Positions 1-9,498 of a stretch of 54,591 bases of DNA are shown here, in pieces. This DNA comes from an uncultured Planctomycetia bacterium (GTDB lineage Bacteria > Omnitrophota > Gorgyraeia > 2-02-FULL-51-18), in the NCBI GenBank assembly GCA_964431835.1, contig CAYSKO010000011.1:1-54591 (forward strand). Reading direction: 5' to 3'. Position numbers and translations under genes: made by a program. The notes beneath the pieces are model-generated. The model saw only the letters and a program-made list of their open reading frames with translations, did no database searches and was not told the DNA's origin. Position 1 is the stretch's first letter. The number at the start of each line of letters is the position of its first letter.

Positions 1-418
1 CCTGAACGCAGCCGACAAGCGCGCGATTTCCGAGGCGATCCGCGCGGCCGAGAAACGCACGAGCGGCGAAATTCGCGTGCATCTGGCGCGGCGTGCCGGA
101 AATGACCCGCTCCAAGTCGCCAAACGCGCGTTCAAGCGTTTGGGCATGGGGAAGACCCGCGAGCGCAATGCCGTCCTTCTTTTCGTGGCGATCGCCGACC
201 GCCGGTTCGCGATTCTGGGCGACAAGGGCATCGACGCCAAGGTCGGGGCGGATTTCTGGGACTGCACGCGCGATCTCATGCAGGCACGATTCGAGCGCGG
301 CGAGATCCGCGACGGCATCGTCGAAGGCGTACGGGCGGCCGGCGAGAGCCTCACCGTCCATTTTCCGCGGCGCACCGACGACCGGAACGAACTTTCGAAT
401 GAGGTCACATCGCATTGA
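1..418 (+). CDS. TPM-domain (YgcG/TLP18.3-like) protein, 5' end outside the window
   Basis: The frame of ORF 77..418 stays open back to nt 2 (LNAADKRAISEAIRAAEKRTSGEIRVHL...), so the gene starts upstream of the window. The core RNAVLLFVAIADRRFAILGDKGI...DFW resembles TPM-domain proteins. The stop at 416-418 overlaps the next start. Confidence 0.55.
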   Translation, partial: LNAADKRAISEAIRAAEKRTSGEIRVHLARRAGNDPLQVAKRAFKRLGMGKTRERNAVLLFVAIADRRFAILGDKGIDAKVGADFWDCTRDLMQARFERGEIRDGIVEGVRAAGESLTVHFPRRTDDRNELSNEVTSH

Positions 419-807
419 AAATGCAGCCTAAGCCGATCCTGAAGGCGATGCTCATCTGCGACCAAACGATCGTCGAGGAGGGCACACGCAAGCGCACCCT
501 CGTCGGCCTCTTCGACCGCGTGCGGGCCGCTGTTTTTCCGACGACGCACCCGTCGATGAGCATTTACGTGCAGTTTCGGGAGGTCGAAGGACGATTCACG
601 TTCGCGCTCGAGTTGTACGATCTCACGGAAGACCGCGTCCTGCATCGCGCCGAGATCGCCGATTTCGCCGTGAAAGAACGTTCGCGCGACTGCGAACTCG
701 TGTTCAACCTGCTTTCCGTACGGTTCGAGCACGCCGGGGATTACGAATTCAGAATTTACGTGGACGACTTCGTGTTCGGTCAAAAGTCTTTCAAGGTCCT
801 TCAATGA
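415..807 (+). CDS. hypothetical protein (130 aa), family not recognised
   Basis: Clean ORF with GC3-rich codon usage like its neighbours. TTG 415 overlaps the upstream stop, and ATG 421 is an alternative start. A GAGG lies 9-15 nt upstream. Confidence 0.5.
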   Translation: MKMQPKPILKAMLICDQTIVEEGTRKRTLVGLFDRVRAAVFPTTHPSMSIYVQFREVEGRFTFALELYDLTEDRVLHRAEIADFAVKERSRDCELVFNLLSVRFEHAGDYEFRIYVDDFVFGQKSFKVLQ

Positions 808-829
808 ACGGTCCGGAAAGGGGGTCACA

Positions 830-1822
830 ATGACGACGATGGATATCCGGCAAGTGGCTGAAAAAGTGGAGAAAGAAAGCGTCGGGATCCGCGCGCTGCA
901 GGCGGAGATCGGCAAGGTGATCGTGGGTCAGAGTTACCTCGTGGACCGTCTTCTTTTGTGCCTCCTCGCGGATGGGCACGTTCTTCTGGAAGGCGTGCCG
1001 GGCCTGGCCAAGACCCTCTCGGTCAAGACCCTCGCGACGGCCATCCGCACGCAGTTTCAGCGCATCCAGTTCACACCGGATCTCCTGCCGGCCGATCTTC
1101 TTGGAACCCAGATCTATAACCCGAAGACCGGTGACTTCACGACGAAGAAAGGCCCTCTCTTCGCGAACATCGTCCTCGCCGACGAGATCAACCGCGCGCC
1201 GGCGAAGGTCCAGGCCGCGCTCCTCGAGGCGATGCAGGAGCGGCAGATCACCCTCGGCGGCCAGACGTACCCGCTCGAAGCGCCGTTCCTCGTCATGGCC
1301 ACGCAGAATCCCATCGAGCAGGAAGGCACGTACCCGCTACCCGAGGCGCAGGTCGACCGTTTCATGCTGAAGCTCCACATCACGTATCCGAAGAAAACCG
1401 AAGAGCTCGAGATCATGGACCGCATGTCGGGCAAGCCGGTGCCGAGCGTGAGCCCCGTGCTTGATCCCGCGGACATTCTTCGCGCGCGCGAGGTCGTGAA
1501 GACAATCTACGTCGACGAAAAGATCAAACAGTACATCGTGAACATCATTCTGGCCACGCGCGAGCCCGAGGCGTATAAACTGAAGGATCTGAAGGGGCTC
1601 ATCCAGTTCGGTGCGAGCCCCCGCGGAACGATCAACTTGAGCATCGCGGCGCGCGCCTACGCCTTCCTGAAAGGCCGCGGCTACGTGGTTCCTGATGACG
1701 TGAAAGCAATTGGTCTGGACGTCCTTCGTCACCGCGTGATCCCCACCTACGAGGCGGAGGCTCAGGAGCTCAATTCCGAGGCCCTCGTCAAGCGCGTGTT
1801 CGACGAAATAGAGGTCCCGTAA
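830..1822 (+). CDS. moxR: MoxR-family AAA+ ATPase
   Basis: Walker A is LEGVPGLAKT and Walker B is VLADEINRA. ATQNPIEQEGTYPLPEAQVDRF is typical of the MoxR/AAA_3 family. It is followed by the canonical DUF58 and VWA genes. Confidence 0.92.
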   Translation: MTTMDIRQVAEKVEKESVGIRALQAEIGKVIVGQSYLVDRLLLCLLADGHVLLEGVPGLAKTLSVKTLATAIRTQFQRIQFTPDLLPADLLGTQIYNPKTGDFTTKKGPLFANIVLADEINRAPAKVQAALLEAMQERQITLGGQTYPLEAPFLVMATQNPIEQEGTYPLPEAQVDRFMLKLHITYPKKTEELEIMDRMSGKPVPSVSPVLDPADILRAREVVKTIYVDEKIKQYIVNIILATREPEAYKLKDLKGLIQFGASPRGTINLSIAARAYAFLKGRGYVVPDDVKAIGLDVLRHRVIPTYEAEAQELNSEALVKRVFDEIEVP

Positions 1823-1843
1823 GCGAGAGCTTCCAGGGACACC

Positions 1844-2725
1844 ATGATCCCCAAAGAGCTCTTCAAGAAGATCCGCTTCATCGAGATCACGACGTCTCGC
1901 CTGGTGAACACCGTGTTCGCCGGCGAGTACCACAGCGTGTTCAAAGGCCGCGGCATGGAGTTCGACGAGGTGCGCGAGTACGATGCATCCGACGACGTGC
2001 GCGACATCGACTGGAACGTCACCGCGCGGATGGGCCATCCTTACACGAAAAAATTCGTGGAAGAGCGCGAGCTGACCGTGATGTTCCTGGTGGACGCGAG
2101 CTCCTCCGGACGGTACGGCACACGCGGCCGCACCAAATCCGAGCTCATCGCCGAGATTTGCGCGCTACTGGCTTTCTCCGCGGTCAAGAACCACGACCGC
2201 GTCGGCCTCGTCATATTCAGCGACCGCGTCGAGAAATTCATCCCTCCCAAAAAAGGCCGCCGCCACGTCTTGCGCGTCGTGCGCGAGATCCTCACGTTCC
2301 GTCCCTCGCATCCGGGCACCGATCTCAACGCGCCTCTCAAGCTCCTGAACGACGTCGTCACGAAGCGCTCCACGGTCTTTCTTTTCTCGGACTTCATCGC
2401 CGAAGGCTTCGAGCGGATGCTGAAAGTCGCCCACAAGAAGCATGACCTCACGGCGGTCGTCGTGGAGGACGCCACCGAAAAGGAATTCCCGGCGCTCGGC
2501 GCCGCGGTCGAACTCGAGGACGCCGAGACGGGGGAGTCTTTCACGTTCCGGCCGGGCCGCGGATTCCGCGACCGTTTCCGCGGCGCCTGGGCCAAGCGCA
2601 AGGAAGAGCGCGACCGTCTCTTCTCGCGGGCGGGCATCGACCGCATCGAGCTCGAGACGGGTTCCGAATACATCGATCCCTTGATCCGCTTCTTCAAGAT
2701 GCGCGAACGCAGGGCCGTTCGGTGA
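1844..2725 (+). CDS. DUF58 (vWA-like) protein, MoxR partner
   Basis: Contains REY..GDD.R.IDWNVTAR and FLVD.S.SM-like motifs. Its position immediately after moxR is the conserved operon order. Confidence 0.85.
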   Translation: MIPKELFKKIRFIEITTSRLVNTVFAGEYHSVFKGRGMEFDEVREYDASDDVRDIDWNVTARMGHPYTKKFVEERELTVMFLVDASSSGRYGTRGRTKSELIAEICALLAFSAVKNHDRVGLVIFSDRVEKFIPPKKGRRHVLRVVREILTFRPSHPGTDLNAPLKLLNDVVTKRSTVFLFSDFIAEGFERMLKVAHKKHDLTAVVVEDATEKEFPALGAAVELEDAETGESFTFRPGRGFRDRFRGAWAKRKEERDRLFSRAGIDRIELETGSEYIDPLIRFFKMRERRAVR

Positions 2726-3657
2726 AGCGCGCCGCTGCGGTCTTGGTCTTTTTGCTTTTCGCCGCGCCGGCCGCGGCGGAGAGCGTGCGTATCGAGACGC
2801 GCGCGGTTCCAGCGAAGACGACGCTCGGCTCGGAAGTGAAGCTCTTCGTCACGGTCGAGCACCCGCGCGACTACGCGGTCACCCCTCCCGCCGCCAAGAA
2901 CTTCCCGAAGCCGTTCGAGGTCAAACGCGTCGATGTCTTTCCGCCGCGCGGAAAAAACCGCGTGCGCGACACGTTCGTGTACACCCTGACCGCTTTCGAG
3001 ATCGGGAAGTTCACCGTGCCCGCACTCGAGGTCGTCTATCGCGACGACCGCGGCCCCGAGAGGTCTGAAAAAACGCCTCCGGTCGAGATCGAGATCACCG
3101 GCGCGGGCGGCAAACTCCCCGCGCAAGCCCGGCTCAAGCCCATCAAGGGGCCCGTGGCCCTTCCGAAGGACGCGCTACGCGCCACGGTCCTCGGAGCGTT
3201 CGCGGCGCTTCTCGGCGCCCTACTTGCGGTGAAAGTGGTTCTTCGCCGGCGCTCGCGCCCGAAGATCGACCCGGACTCTCTTAGGTCTCCCCACGAGCGC
3301 GCGGAGCTCGAGCTCGAACGGCTCGACGAATCCGGCCTCGAGAGCGAGGGGAAGTGGAAAGAGCTCTACGCGGGATTCTCGGGCGTGATGCGCCGCTACC
3401 TCGAGCGCGGCCTCGGAGTCGACTCGGCCGATCGCACGACGAGCGAGGTCGTCGCGGACTTGAAGGCCGCGGGACGCCTCGCTCCCGGCGTTGTCGACCG
3501 AATCCGTGAAACGCTCGAAAACGCAGACCTCGTCAAATTCGCGAAGTTCGTTCCTCCGCGTGAAACGACCGCCGGCGTGAAACGCGCGATCCTCGAGGTC
3601 GTGCGGCTCACGAAGCCCGACGACGGCGGAGCCGCGCCGAAGGGGAAGCGGAAGTGA
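2722..3657 (+). CDS. Bat-operon membrane protein (signal peptide, BatD-like N-terminal part, TM, DUF4381-like C-terminal part)
   Basis: GTG 2722 overlaps the upstream stop. The signal peptide is AAVLVFLLFAAPAAA, there is a central TM LGAFAALLGALLAVKVVL, and the C-terminus carries an ADLVKFAKF motif as in DUF4381 proteins of MoxR/Bat operons. Confidence 0.6.
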   Translation: MKRAAAVLVFLLFAAPAAAESVRIETRAVPAKTTLGSEVKLFVTVEHPRDYAVTPPAAKNFPKPFEVKRVDVFPPRGKNRVRDTFVYTLTAFEIGKFTVPALEVVYRDDRGPERSEKTPPVEIEITGAGGKLPAQARLKPIKGPVALPKDALRATVLGAFAALLGALLAVKVVLRRRSRPKIDPDSLRSPHERAELELERLDESGLESEGKWKELYAGFSGVMRRYLERGLGVDSADRTTSEVVADLKAAGRLAPGVVDRIRETLENADLVKFAKFVPPRETTAGVKRAILEVVRLTKPDDGGAAPKGKRK

Positions 3658-4643
3658 AATTCGCGGACCCGGTTTATTTCCTCCTCGTCCTTCCGGCCGT
3701 GGTCCTTTTCGTCCTTTACGTCGGCGGAAAAGTCGGCCGCGGCGCGTCGATCCGCTACTCGAGCGTGGGGCTCGTCAAAAGCGCGGGCGCGCGCGGGCTC
3801 ACTGGCGGAAAGACGTTCACCGCGCTCCTGCGTTTGGTGGCCTTGTGTCTTTTGGCGGCCGCCCTCGCGCGCCCCCAGACGGGCACCGGCGAGGAGAAGA
3901 CCACGCAGCAGGTGATCGACGTGGCGATCGCGCTCGACGTCTCGGGGAGTATGGCCACGCTAGATTTTCATCCGGACAACCGCTTGATCGCGGCCAAGCG
4001 GGAAGCCCAGCGTTTCGTGAAGGGACGCCCCAACGACCGCATCGCGTTCGTGGTTTTCGCCGGGCAAAGCGTCACGCAATCGCCCTTGACCGTGGACCAC
4101 CGCGCCATCCAAACCCTGATCGACCGGGTCCAGCTAGGTATGCTCGAGGACGGCACGGCAATCGGTTTGGGACTCGCGAGCGCTGTGAACCGGCTGAAAG
4201 GTTCCGAAGCCAAGAGCAAAGTCGTGGTGCTCCTCACCGACGGCGTCAATAACGCGGGCGAAGTCGATCCGCTCACCGCCGCCGGCCTCGCCAAGGAGCT
4301 CGGCGTGCGCGTCTACACCATCGGGGTCGGCCGCGAAGGCGAGTCGATCCTACCGATCAACGATCCGCGTTTCGGCACGCGGCTTCTGCGCGTCCAGACA
4401 CAGATCGACGAAAAGGCACTCACCACGATCGCGCGACGCACGGGCGGCCGCTATTTCCGCGCGCAGGACGGCCGGGAGCTCCGCGACGTCTTCGAAGAGA
4501 TCGACCGCCTCGAGCGAACCGAGGTGTCCGTCGAGCGCTTCACGCATTTCGAGGAGCACTACCACCTCTTCCTTTGGCCCGCGCTCTTCCTCCTTCTCTT
4601 CGAAATCCTTTGGATGAACGTCGTCCGGGTGCGGCTGCCGTGA
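3654..4643 (+). CDS. batA: BatA-like VWA-domain membrane protein
   Basis: N-terminal TMs are followed by the MIDAS motif ALDVSGSM, then LLTDGVNNAG and a C-terminal TM. GTGA overlap with the upstream gene. Confidence 0.85.
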   Translation: MKFADPVYFLLVLPAVVLFVLYVGGKVGRGASIRYSSVGLVKSAGARGLTGGKTFTALLRLVALCLLAAALARPQTGTGEEKTTQQVIDVAIALDVSGSMATLDFHPDNRLIAAKREAQRFVKGRPNDRIAFVVFAGQSVTQSPLTVDHRAIQTLIDRVQLGMLEDGTAIGLGLASAVNRLKGSEAKSKVVVLLTDGVNNAGEVDPLTAAGLAKELGVRVYTIGVGREGESILPINDPRFGTRLLRVQTQIDEKALTTIARRTGGRYFRAQDGRELRDVFEEIDRLERTEVSVERFTHFEEHYHLFLWPALFLLLFEILWMNVVRVRLP

Positions 4644-6886
4644 CCGAGTGGGGCCAGCCCCAGAACTTCACGTGGCTCTGGAGCGTGCCGGCGGTCCTCG
4701 CGGCCTTCGTGCTGGCGTCGTGGCGCCGCCGCGGGCGCATGCGGGCGTTCGGCGAGCCCGCGCTCGTCGCGAAGCTCTTCACGAACCTTTCGCCTGGCCT
4801 TCGCCTGGCCAAGCGTGCGTTTCTTCTTACAGCGGTCACCCTCATCGTGGTGGCGCTCGCCCAGCCGCATTTCGCCAAGCGGGAGACGGTCGTGGAACGC
4901 CGCGGTACGGACGTTCTCATCGCGATCGACGTCTCGAACAGCATGCTCGCCAAGGACGTCGCGCCGAGCCGTCTCGAAAAAGCCAAGCTCGAACTCTCGG
5001 GCGTCGTCGACCGTCTGAAGGGCGACCGTATCGGCGTCGTCGCCTTCGCAGGGGAGGCGTTCATCCAGTGCCCCCTCACGCTCGACCGCGGGGCCGTGAA
5101 ACTTTTCCTTTCCACCGTGAATCCGAATCTCGTTTCGGTCCAGGGCACGTCGATTTCTAGGGCGATTGACACGGCGGTCCAGGCGTTCCCCGGGGAACAG
5201 GCCGAAGGCAAGGCGCTCGTGCTTCTCACCGACGGCGAGGACCACGAAGGCGCGGCGCTCGAGGCGGCCGACCGCGCGGGAAAAAAGGGAGTACGTATCT
5301 TCACGATCGGTATCGGAACGCCCGAGGGTCGCACGATCCCCGACGAAAGCGGCACCGGCTTCAAACGCGACAGCGCCGGCCGGCCCGTCGTGTCGAAACT
5401 GAACGAATCCCTGCTCAAGGAGATCGCCGGCAAAACGAAGGGAAAATATTACCGCTCCTCGCGTGGCGATCTCGAAGCGGACGACTTGGCGCGCGAAATC
5501 AAGCGGCTCACCCAGAAGGGAATGGGAAAGGACGTCTCGATCGAGTACGAAGAGAATTACAGGCTTTTTCTCCTGCCGTCTTTTCTGCTCCTTCTCCTGG
5601 AAGCGTTTCTTTCGGAACGGAAATCCGAACGCCGGAAGAAACCGGGAGGAAAAACGCCTCCGGCGCCGCAGGTGGCCGCACTCGCGGTGGCGATCGCCCT
5701 CGCGTGGCCGCTTCTTACCGGTTTTAAATTCGTTTCCGAAACCGAAAACGATCGCGGTAACCGCTATTATTCGAAAGGGCAGGTCGGGCGGGCGAAAAGC
5801 GCGTATCTATCCGCCCGCAAAGCGGATCCGAAATCCCCCGAGATTGCATTTAACCTAGGCAATGCTTATTATAAGGAAGAATCCCTGAAGGAATCGACCG
5901 AGGCTTACGAAAAAGCCGCCGCGGCTGCCACTGGCCCTTTGCGCGCACGCGCGTTCTACAACCTGGGCAACAGCTTGGCGCGACAGGAGCGGGTCGAGGC
6001 CGCGATCGAGGCGTATAAGGAGTCCCTTCGAAGCGACCCCCGGGACAAGGATGCTAAACACAATCTCGAGATCTTGATTCGCCGGAGAGAAGAGGAGGAG
6101 AAGAATCCGCCTCCGGATCCGAAGGAGAATCCCAAAGACCAGCCGAACCCGCAGCAAAAAAAAGAGAACCAAGAAAGCCAAGGAAAAGGCGAGCAAAGCG
6201 AACAAAACCAGCAGAACCAGCAAGACAAACAGAACCAGCAGGATCAGCAGAACCAGCAAGACAAGCAGAATCAGCAAAAACAGCAAGACCAGCAAGACCA
6301 GCAGAACCAAAAGAACGAAGGGCAGCAGGAAAACCAGCAGAATCAAGGTTCGAAGGATCAGCGGAGTCCGCAAGGTCAGGCGGGCCAGGAAGAAAAAGAG
6401 AGCGAGAAGGAAAAGAGCGAAGGCACAGAAGGCCAGGGCGAGACAGGCGGGGAAAAGAGCGACGGAGCCGAACCCAAAAAAGAAAAGGGCGAGGCCGGAG
6501 AACAGGGCGAAGAAAAAAAAGATTCGAAAGACGAACAAAAGAAACAGGGCGAGCAGCGTGAGAAAGGCGAGTCCGGCGAACAAGACGCGCCGGGCGAAGA
6601 GGGCAAGTCGGGCGAGAAAAAAGAAGAAGGCGAGGGTAAGGAACCCGGCGAAGCGCCGAAGGATCCCGGCGGGCAGGAGCCGCGGGAAGAAAGCGGTGAC
6701 ACGCCCGTGGGTGCATCCGCTGGCGAGCGCGAGGAAGGCCCGGCGGAGGCTCCCAAATCGGCAGCGCAGGTCCAGGCCGAGCAGCTTCTCGAGGCTCTCG
6801 AGGGCCAGGAAAGGCAAGTTCTCAAGATGAGCAGTGGCGGGGATCGGCGGCGCATCCAGCGCCGCGTCAACGAAAGGGATTGGTGA
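4640..6886 (+). CDS. batB: BatB-like VWA protein fused to BatC-like TPR repeats and a long Q/N/E/K-rich low-complexity tail
   Basis: The likely start is GTG 4640 (GTGA overlap with the batA stop); the track ORF begins at 4574. MIDAS AIDVSNSM and LLTDGEDHEG are present. After a TM there are TPR repeats (AFNLGNAYYKEE..., FYNLGNSLARQE...). The tail has QNQQDK repeats and E/K/G-rich segments. Confidence 0.8.
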   Translation: MTEWGQPQNFTWLWSVPAVLAAFVLASWRRRGRMRAFGEPALVAKLFTNLSPGLRLAKRAFLLTAVTLIVVALAQPHFAKRETVVERRGTDVLIAIDVSNSMLAKDVAPSRLEKAKLELSGVVDRLKGDRIGVVAFAGEAFIQCPLTLDRGAVKLFLSTVNPNLVSVQGTSISRAIDTAVQAFPGEQAEGKALVLLTDGEDHEGAALEAADRAGKKGVRIFTIGIGTPEGRTIPDESGTGFKRDSAGRPVVSKLNESLLKEIAGKTKGKYYRSSRGDLEADDLAREIKRLTQKGMGKDVSIEYEENYRLFLLPSFLLLLLEAFLSERKSERRKKPGGKTPPAPQVAALAVAIALAWPLLTGFKFVSETENDRGNRYYSKGQVGRAKSAYLSARKADPKSPEIAFNLGNAYYKEESLKESTEAYEKAAAAATGPLRARAFYNLGNSLARQERVEAAIEAYKESLRSDPRDKDAKHNLEILIRRREEEEKNPPPDPKENPKDQPNPQQKKENQESQGKGEQSEQNQQNQQDKQNQQDQQNQQDKQNQQKQQDQQDQQNQKNEGQQENQQNQGSKDQRSPQGQAGQEEKESEKEKSEGTEGQGETGGEKSDGAEPKKEKGEAGEQGEEKKDSKDEQKKQGEQREKGESGEQDAPGEEGKSGEKKEEGEGKEPGEAPKDPGGQEPREESGDTPVGASAGEREEGPAEAPKSAAQVQAEQLLEALEGQERQVLKMSSGGDRRRIQRRVNERDW
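6212..6319 (+). repeat. 18-nt coding tandem repeat (about 6 imperfect copies of CAGAACCAGCAAGACAAA, giving QNQQDK)
   Basis: Direct reading gives units starting at 6212, 6230, 6248, 6266, 6284 and 6302. The repeat lies in frame inside the batB/C-like gene. Confidence 0.85.
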
Positions 6887-9498
6887 TGAGAAAGGCGGCG
6901 CTCCTCGTTCTTTTCGCGGCCGCACTCGCCGCGCCCGCTTTCGCGCAGGTTTCGATAGAAACCGCCCTTTCAAGCGCGCGCGTGGAGATCGGCGAAGAGC
7001 TCCGGCTCGATTTCATCGTCATGAATGCCGGAGGCCCCGTTTCGCGGCCGACGTTCCCCCCTCTCGACGGGTTCACCTCCTATTCACAGGGCCACTCCCA
7101 GGAAATCTCCTTCGTCAACGGAAAGAGCTCCTCCAAGAGCATTTTCAGCTACATCCTCATCCCGAACGCCGAAGGAAAAAAGAAGATCGGCCCGTTCGAG
7201 ATCCGCATCGGGGAAAAAACCTACGCGGTCGCGCCGGTGGACGTCGACGTCCTTCCGGCGGGGTCTTCACCGCGGCCCGCGGCGGTCCGCGCGCCCATCA
7301 CCGCGCCCAGCGCCCGCGCCCTGCCAAGCCAGGGTTCATCGGTGTCCGGGCAGGATATTTTCGTGAAGGCCTGGCTCGATAAGGACGAGGCCTATGTGAA
7401 CGAACCCGTGATGCTCACTTATACTCTCTACACGCGGCTTTCGGCGACGTACAAGGGTTTTGAGAAGGAAGCCGTCACGACCGGTTTTTGGGTCGAGGAT
7501 TTCCCTCCGGAGAAAACGATCCGCCGCACCGAGCAGAATTTCAACGGCTCGCGTTACGTCGTCGCCGACGTGCGAAAAATGGCGCTTTTCCCGACGCAGG
7601 CGGGCGTCTTCACGATCGACCCGGGGACGCTCTCGGCCGTCGTCGAGGTCCGCGACGAGGGATTCGACAGCTTTTTCTCCTCCAACGTGTTCGGCCGTCG
7701 TTCGTCGCAGTTTCCGCCAACGTACGCGTCGCAGATCGTTCAAAAGCAGATTCCCGCGGACAAGATCACGCTCATCGTCAAAGCGCTCCCCGAGGCCGGC
7801 AAACCCGAAAGTTTCACGGGCGCGGTCGGCCGCTACACGGTAGAAAGCTCTCTCGATAAAGAAGAAGTCGACGCGGGCACGCCGGTCACGTACCGCGTGC
7901 GGGTGAAGGGCGAAGGAAACGTGAATACCGTCGTCCCGCCTTCTTTCCCGAAACTCGAAGGATTCAAAGTTTACGATTCCGCGACTTCCGCGAACGTCCA
8001 GAAAGACAGGCTCGTCGTCGAAGGGGAGAAGATCGCCGAGACCGTGATCGTGCCTCGCCGCGCCGGCGAGTACGCGATTCCGGAGACCGAGTTTTCATTC
8101 TTTGATCCCCGCTCCGGCAAGTACGAACGTGTGCGCACGAAGCCGCACGCGCTTAAAGTATCGCCCGGTGAGGGCGGGGACGCCTCCGCCGACGCTCCCG
8201 AAACCGCGGCCGAGCCCCCGCAACCGGTTCGAAAAGAAGAAGTGGCGCTCGCGGGGAAGGATATCCGCTACATCAAGACCGCATCGTCCGCGCGTACGCT
8301 TCCCGGCGGCTTCGGCCGAAATCCGCTCGTCTGGGCCGTGTTCGCGGCGATCGCGCTCGCCGGCTTCGCGGTGTCTGCCGCCGCCGGACGTCGCTCATCC
8401 GCGACGCGCGACGAACGCGCCTTCCGCGCCCGTGACTCGCACCGAGTCGCCCGCCGCCGGCTTCGCGCTGCCGCCGACCGGATGAAGTCCGGAAAGGGCG
8501 ACGAATTCTACGCCGAACTTTCGAAGGCCGTGTACGGCTACTTCGCTGACCGCCTCGGCGTCGCGCCGCAGTCGGTGACGGCCGATCTCGTCGACGAGCG
8601 TTTGGGCCACCGCGCCGAACCCGCGCTCGCGAACGATCTGCGTGCGCTTTTTGGCGAGCTGGGTTTCGGCCAGTACTCGAGCCTCGAGACGGACCACGGG
8701 CACATGGAAGACGCGTACCGCCGCGCGGAGAAGGTTCTTTCGGGATACGAGAAGGCGCTGCGGGACGGCAAGAAAGGACGCGGACCCACGGCCGCCGCGA
8801 TCGCGCTCCTTCTTCTGGCGGCTTCGCCGGCGTCCGCGGCCGGCGACGGGGACCAGCTTTATCAAACGGGTGACTTCAAAGGCGCCGCCGCCGCGTACGA
8901 AGCGGCGCTCAAGGATTCGGCGTCGCCGGAGATTCATTACAATCTCGGGAACGCGTACTTCCGTTCGAACCAAAAAGGGAAGACGATGGTCCAGTATCTG
9001 CGGGCGGCCCGCCGTCTCCCGCGCGACCCGGATCTACGGTGGAATCTGGGAGTTCTCCGAGACGCCGTGACGGACAAACTCGAGCCTTCGGGTTCCGCCG
9101 CGGTCCTTTCCGCCGCCGCGGGGTTCTACTCGGCGGACGAAGCCGCCGCCGCTTTCGGGGCGTCCGCGCTCCTTCTTTTACTCGTTTCCTTCGCGGGCTG
9201 GATCGTTCCCGTTTTCGGTGGACGCACGGCGCCGCTACGCGCGTTCGCGGCTTTTCTCGTGGTGCTGGCCGCCGTGGGAAACGCTTTCAAATGGTCCCAC
9301 GACCGCGAGCCCATCGCCGTCGTGCTCCGAAAGGAAGTGCCCGCGCGTTACGGGCCGTCGCTTAAGGAAACCCGCGCGTTCTCTCTCCACGAAGGGGCGG
9401 CACTGCGCGTCTCCGACCGTACGAAAGAGTGGGCGTACGTGTCGCTTCCCGGCGGCAATGGCGGCTGGATTCCGCTCGAAGCAGCGGAGATCGTCTGA
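6886..9498 (+). CDS. batD: BatD-like (oxygen-tolerance) protein fused to a BatE-like TPR + SH3 C-terminus
   Basis: ATG 6886 overlaps the upstream TGA; the track ORF starts at 6880. The signal peptide is AALLVLFAAALAAPAFAQ. BatD-like beta-domains are followed by a TM, TPR repeats (LYQTGDFKGAAAAYEAAL, HYNLGNAYFRSN), further TMs and a terminal SH3-like segment (WAYVSLPGGNGGWIPLEAAEIV). Confidence 0.75.
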   Translation: MRKAALLVLFAAALAAPAFAQVSIETALSSARVEIGEELRLDFIVMNAGGPVSRPTFPPLDGFTSYSQGHSQEISFVNGKSSSKSIFSYILIPNAEGKKKIGPFEIRIGEKTYAVAPVDVDVLPAGSSPRPAAVRAPITAPSARALPSQGSSVSGQDIFVKAWLDKDEAYVNEPVMLTYTLYTRLSATYKGFEKEAVTTGFWVEDFPPEKTIRRTEQNFNGSRYVVADVRKMALFPTQAGVFTIDPGTLSAVVEVRDEGFDSFFSSNVFGRRSSQFPPTYASQIVQKQIPADKITLIVKALPEAGKPESFTGAVGRYTVESSLDKEEVDAGTPVTYRVRVKGEGNVNTVVPPSFPKLEGFKVYDSATSANVQKDRLVVEGEKIAETVIVPRRAGEYAIPETEFSFFDPRSGKYERVRTKPHALKVSPGEGGDASADAPETAAEPPQPVRKEEVALAGKDIRYIKTASSARTLPGGFGRNPLVWAVFAAIALAGFAVSAAAGRRSSATRDERAFRARDSHRVARRRLRAAADRMKSGKGDEFYAELSKAVYGYFADRLGVAPQSVTADLVDERLGHRAEPALANDLRALFGELGFGQYSSLETDHGHMEDAYRRAEKVLSGYEKALRDGKKGRGPTAAAIALLLLAASPASAAGDGDQLYQTGDFKGAAAAYEAALKDSASPEIHYNLGNAYFRSNQKGKTMVQYLRAARRLPRDPDLRWNLGVLRDAVTDKLEPSGSAAVLSAAAGFYSADEAAAAFGASALLLLLVSFAGWIVPVFGGRTAPLRAFAAFLVVLAAVGNAFKWSHDREPIAVVLRKEVPARYGPSLKETRAFSLHEGAALRVSDRTKEWAYVSLPGGNGGWIPLEAAEIV

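Noticed and set aside
2041-3126. Long antisense or alternate-frame ORFs in the GC-rich half. Examples are 1337-2038(-), 2041-3126(-), 4540-5433(-), 5855-6973(-), 11597-13057(+, 579-aa frame), 16224-17585(-), and in the island 46868-48043(-).
   Set aside because: They are Arg/Ala/Pro/Ser-rich with no recognisable motifs. Each fully overlaps a gene with clear family signatures on the other strand or frame. This is the typical high-GC open-frame artefact.
6190-6330. Tandem repeats checked as a possible CRISPR array. The 510-519 nt repeats at 24646-25800 were checked for the same reason.
   Set aside because: Both are in-frame coding repeats without unique spacers. No cas genes or repeat-spacer periodicity occur anywhere in the window.
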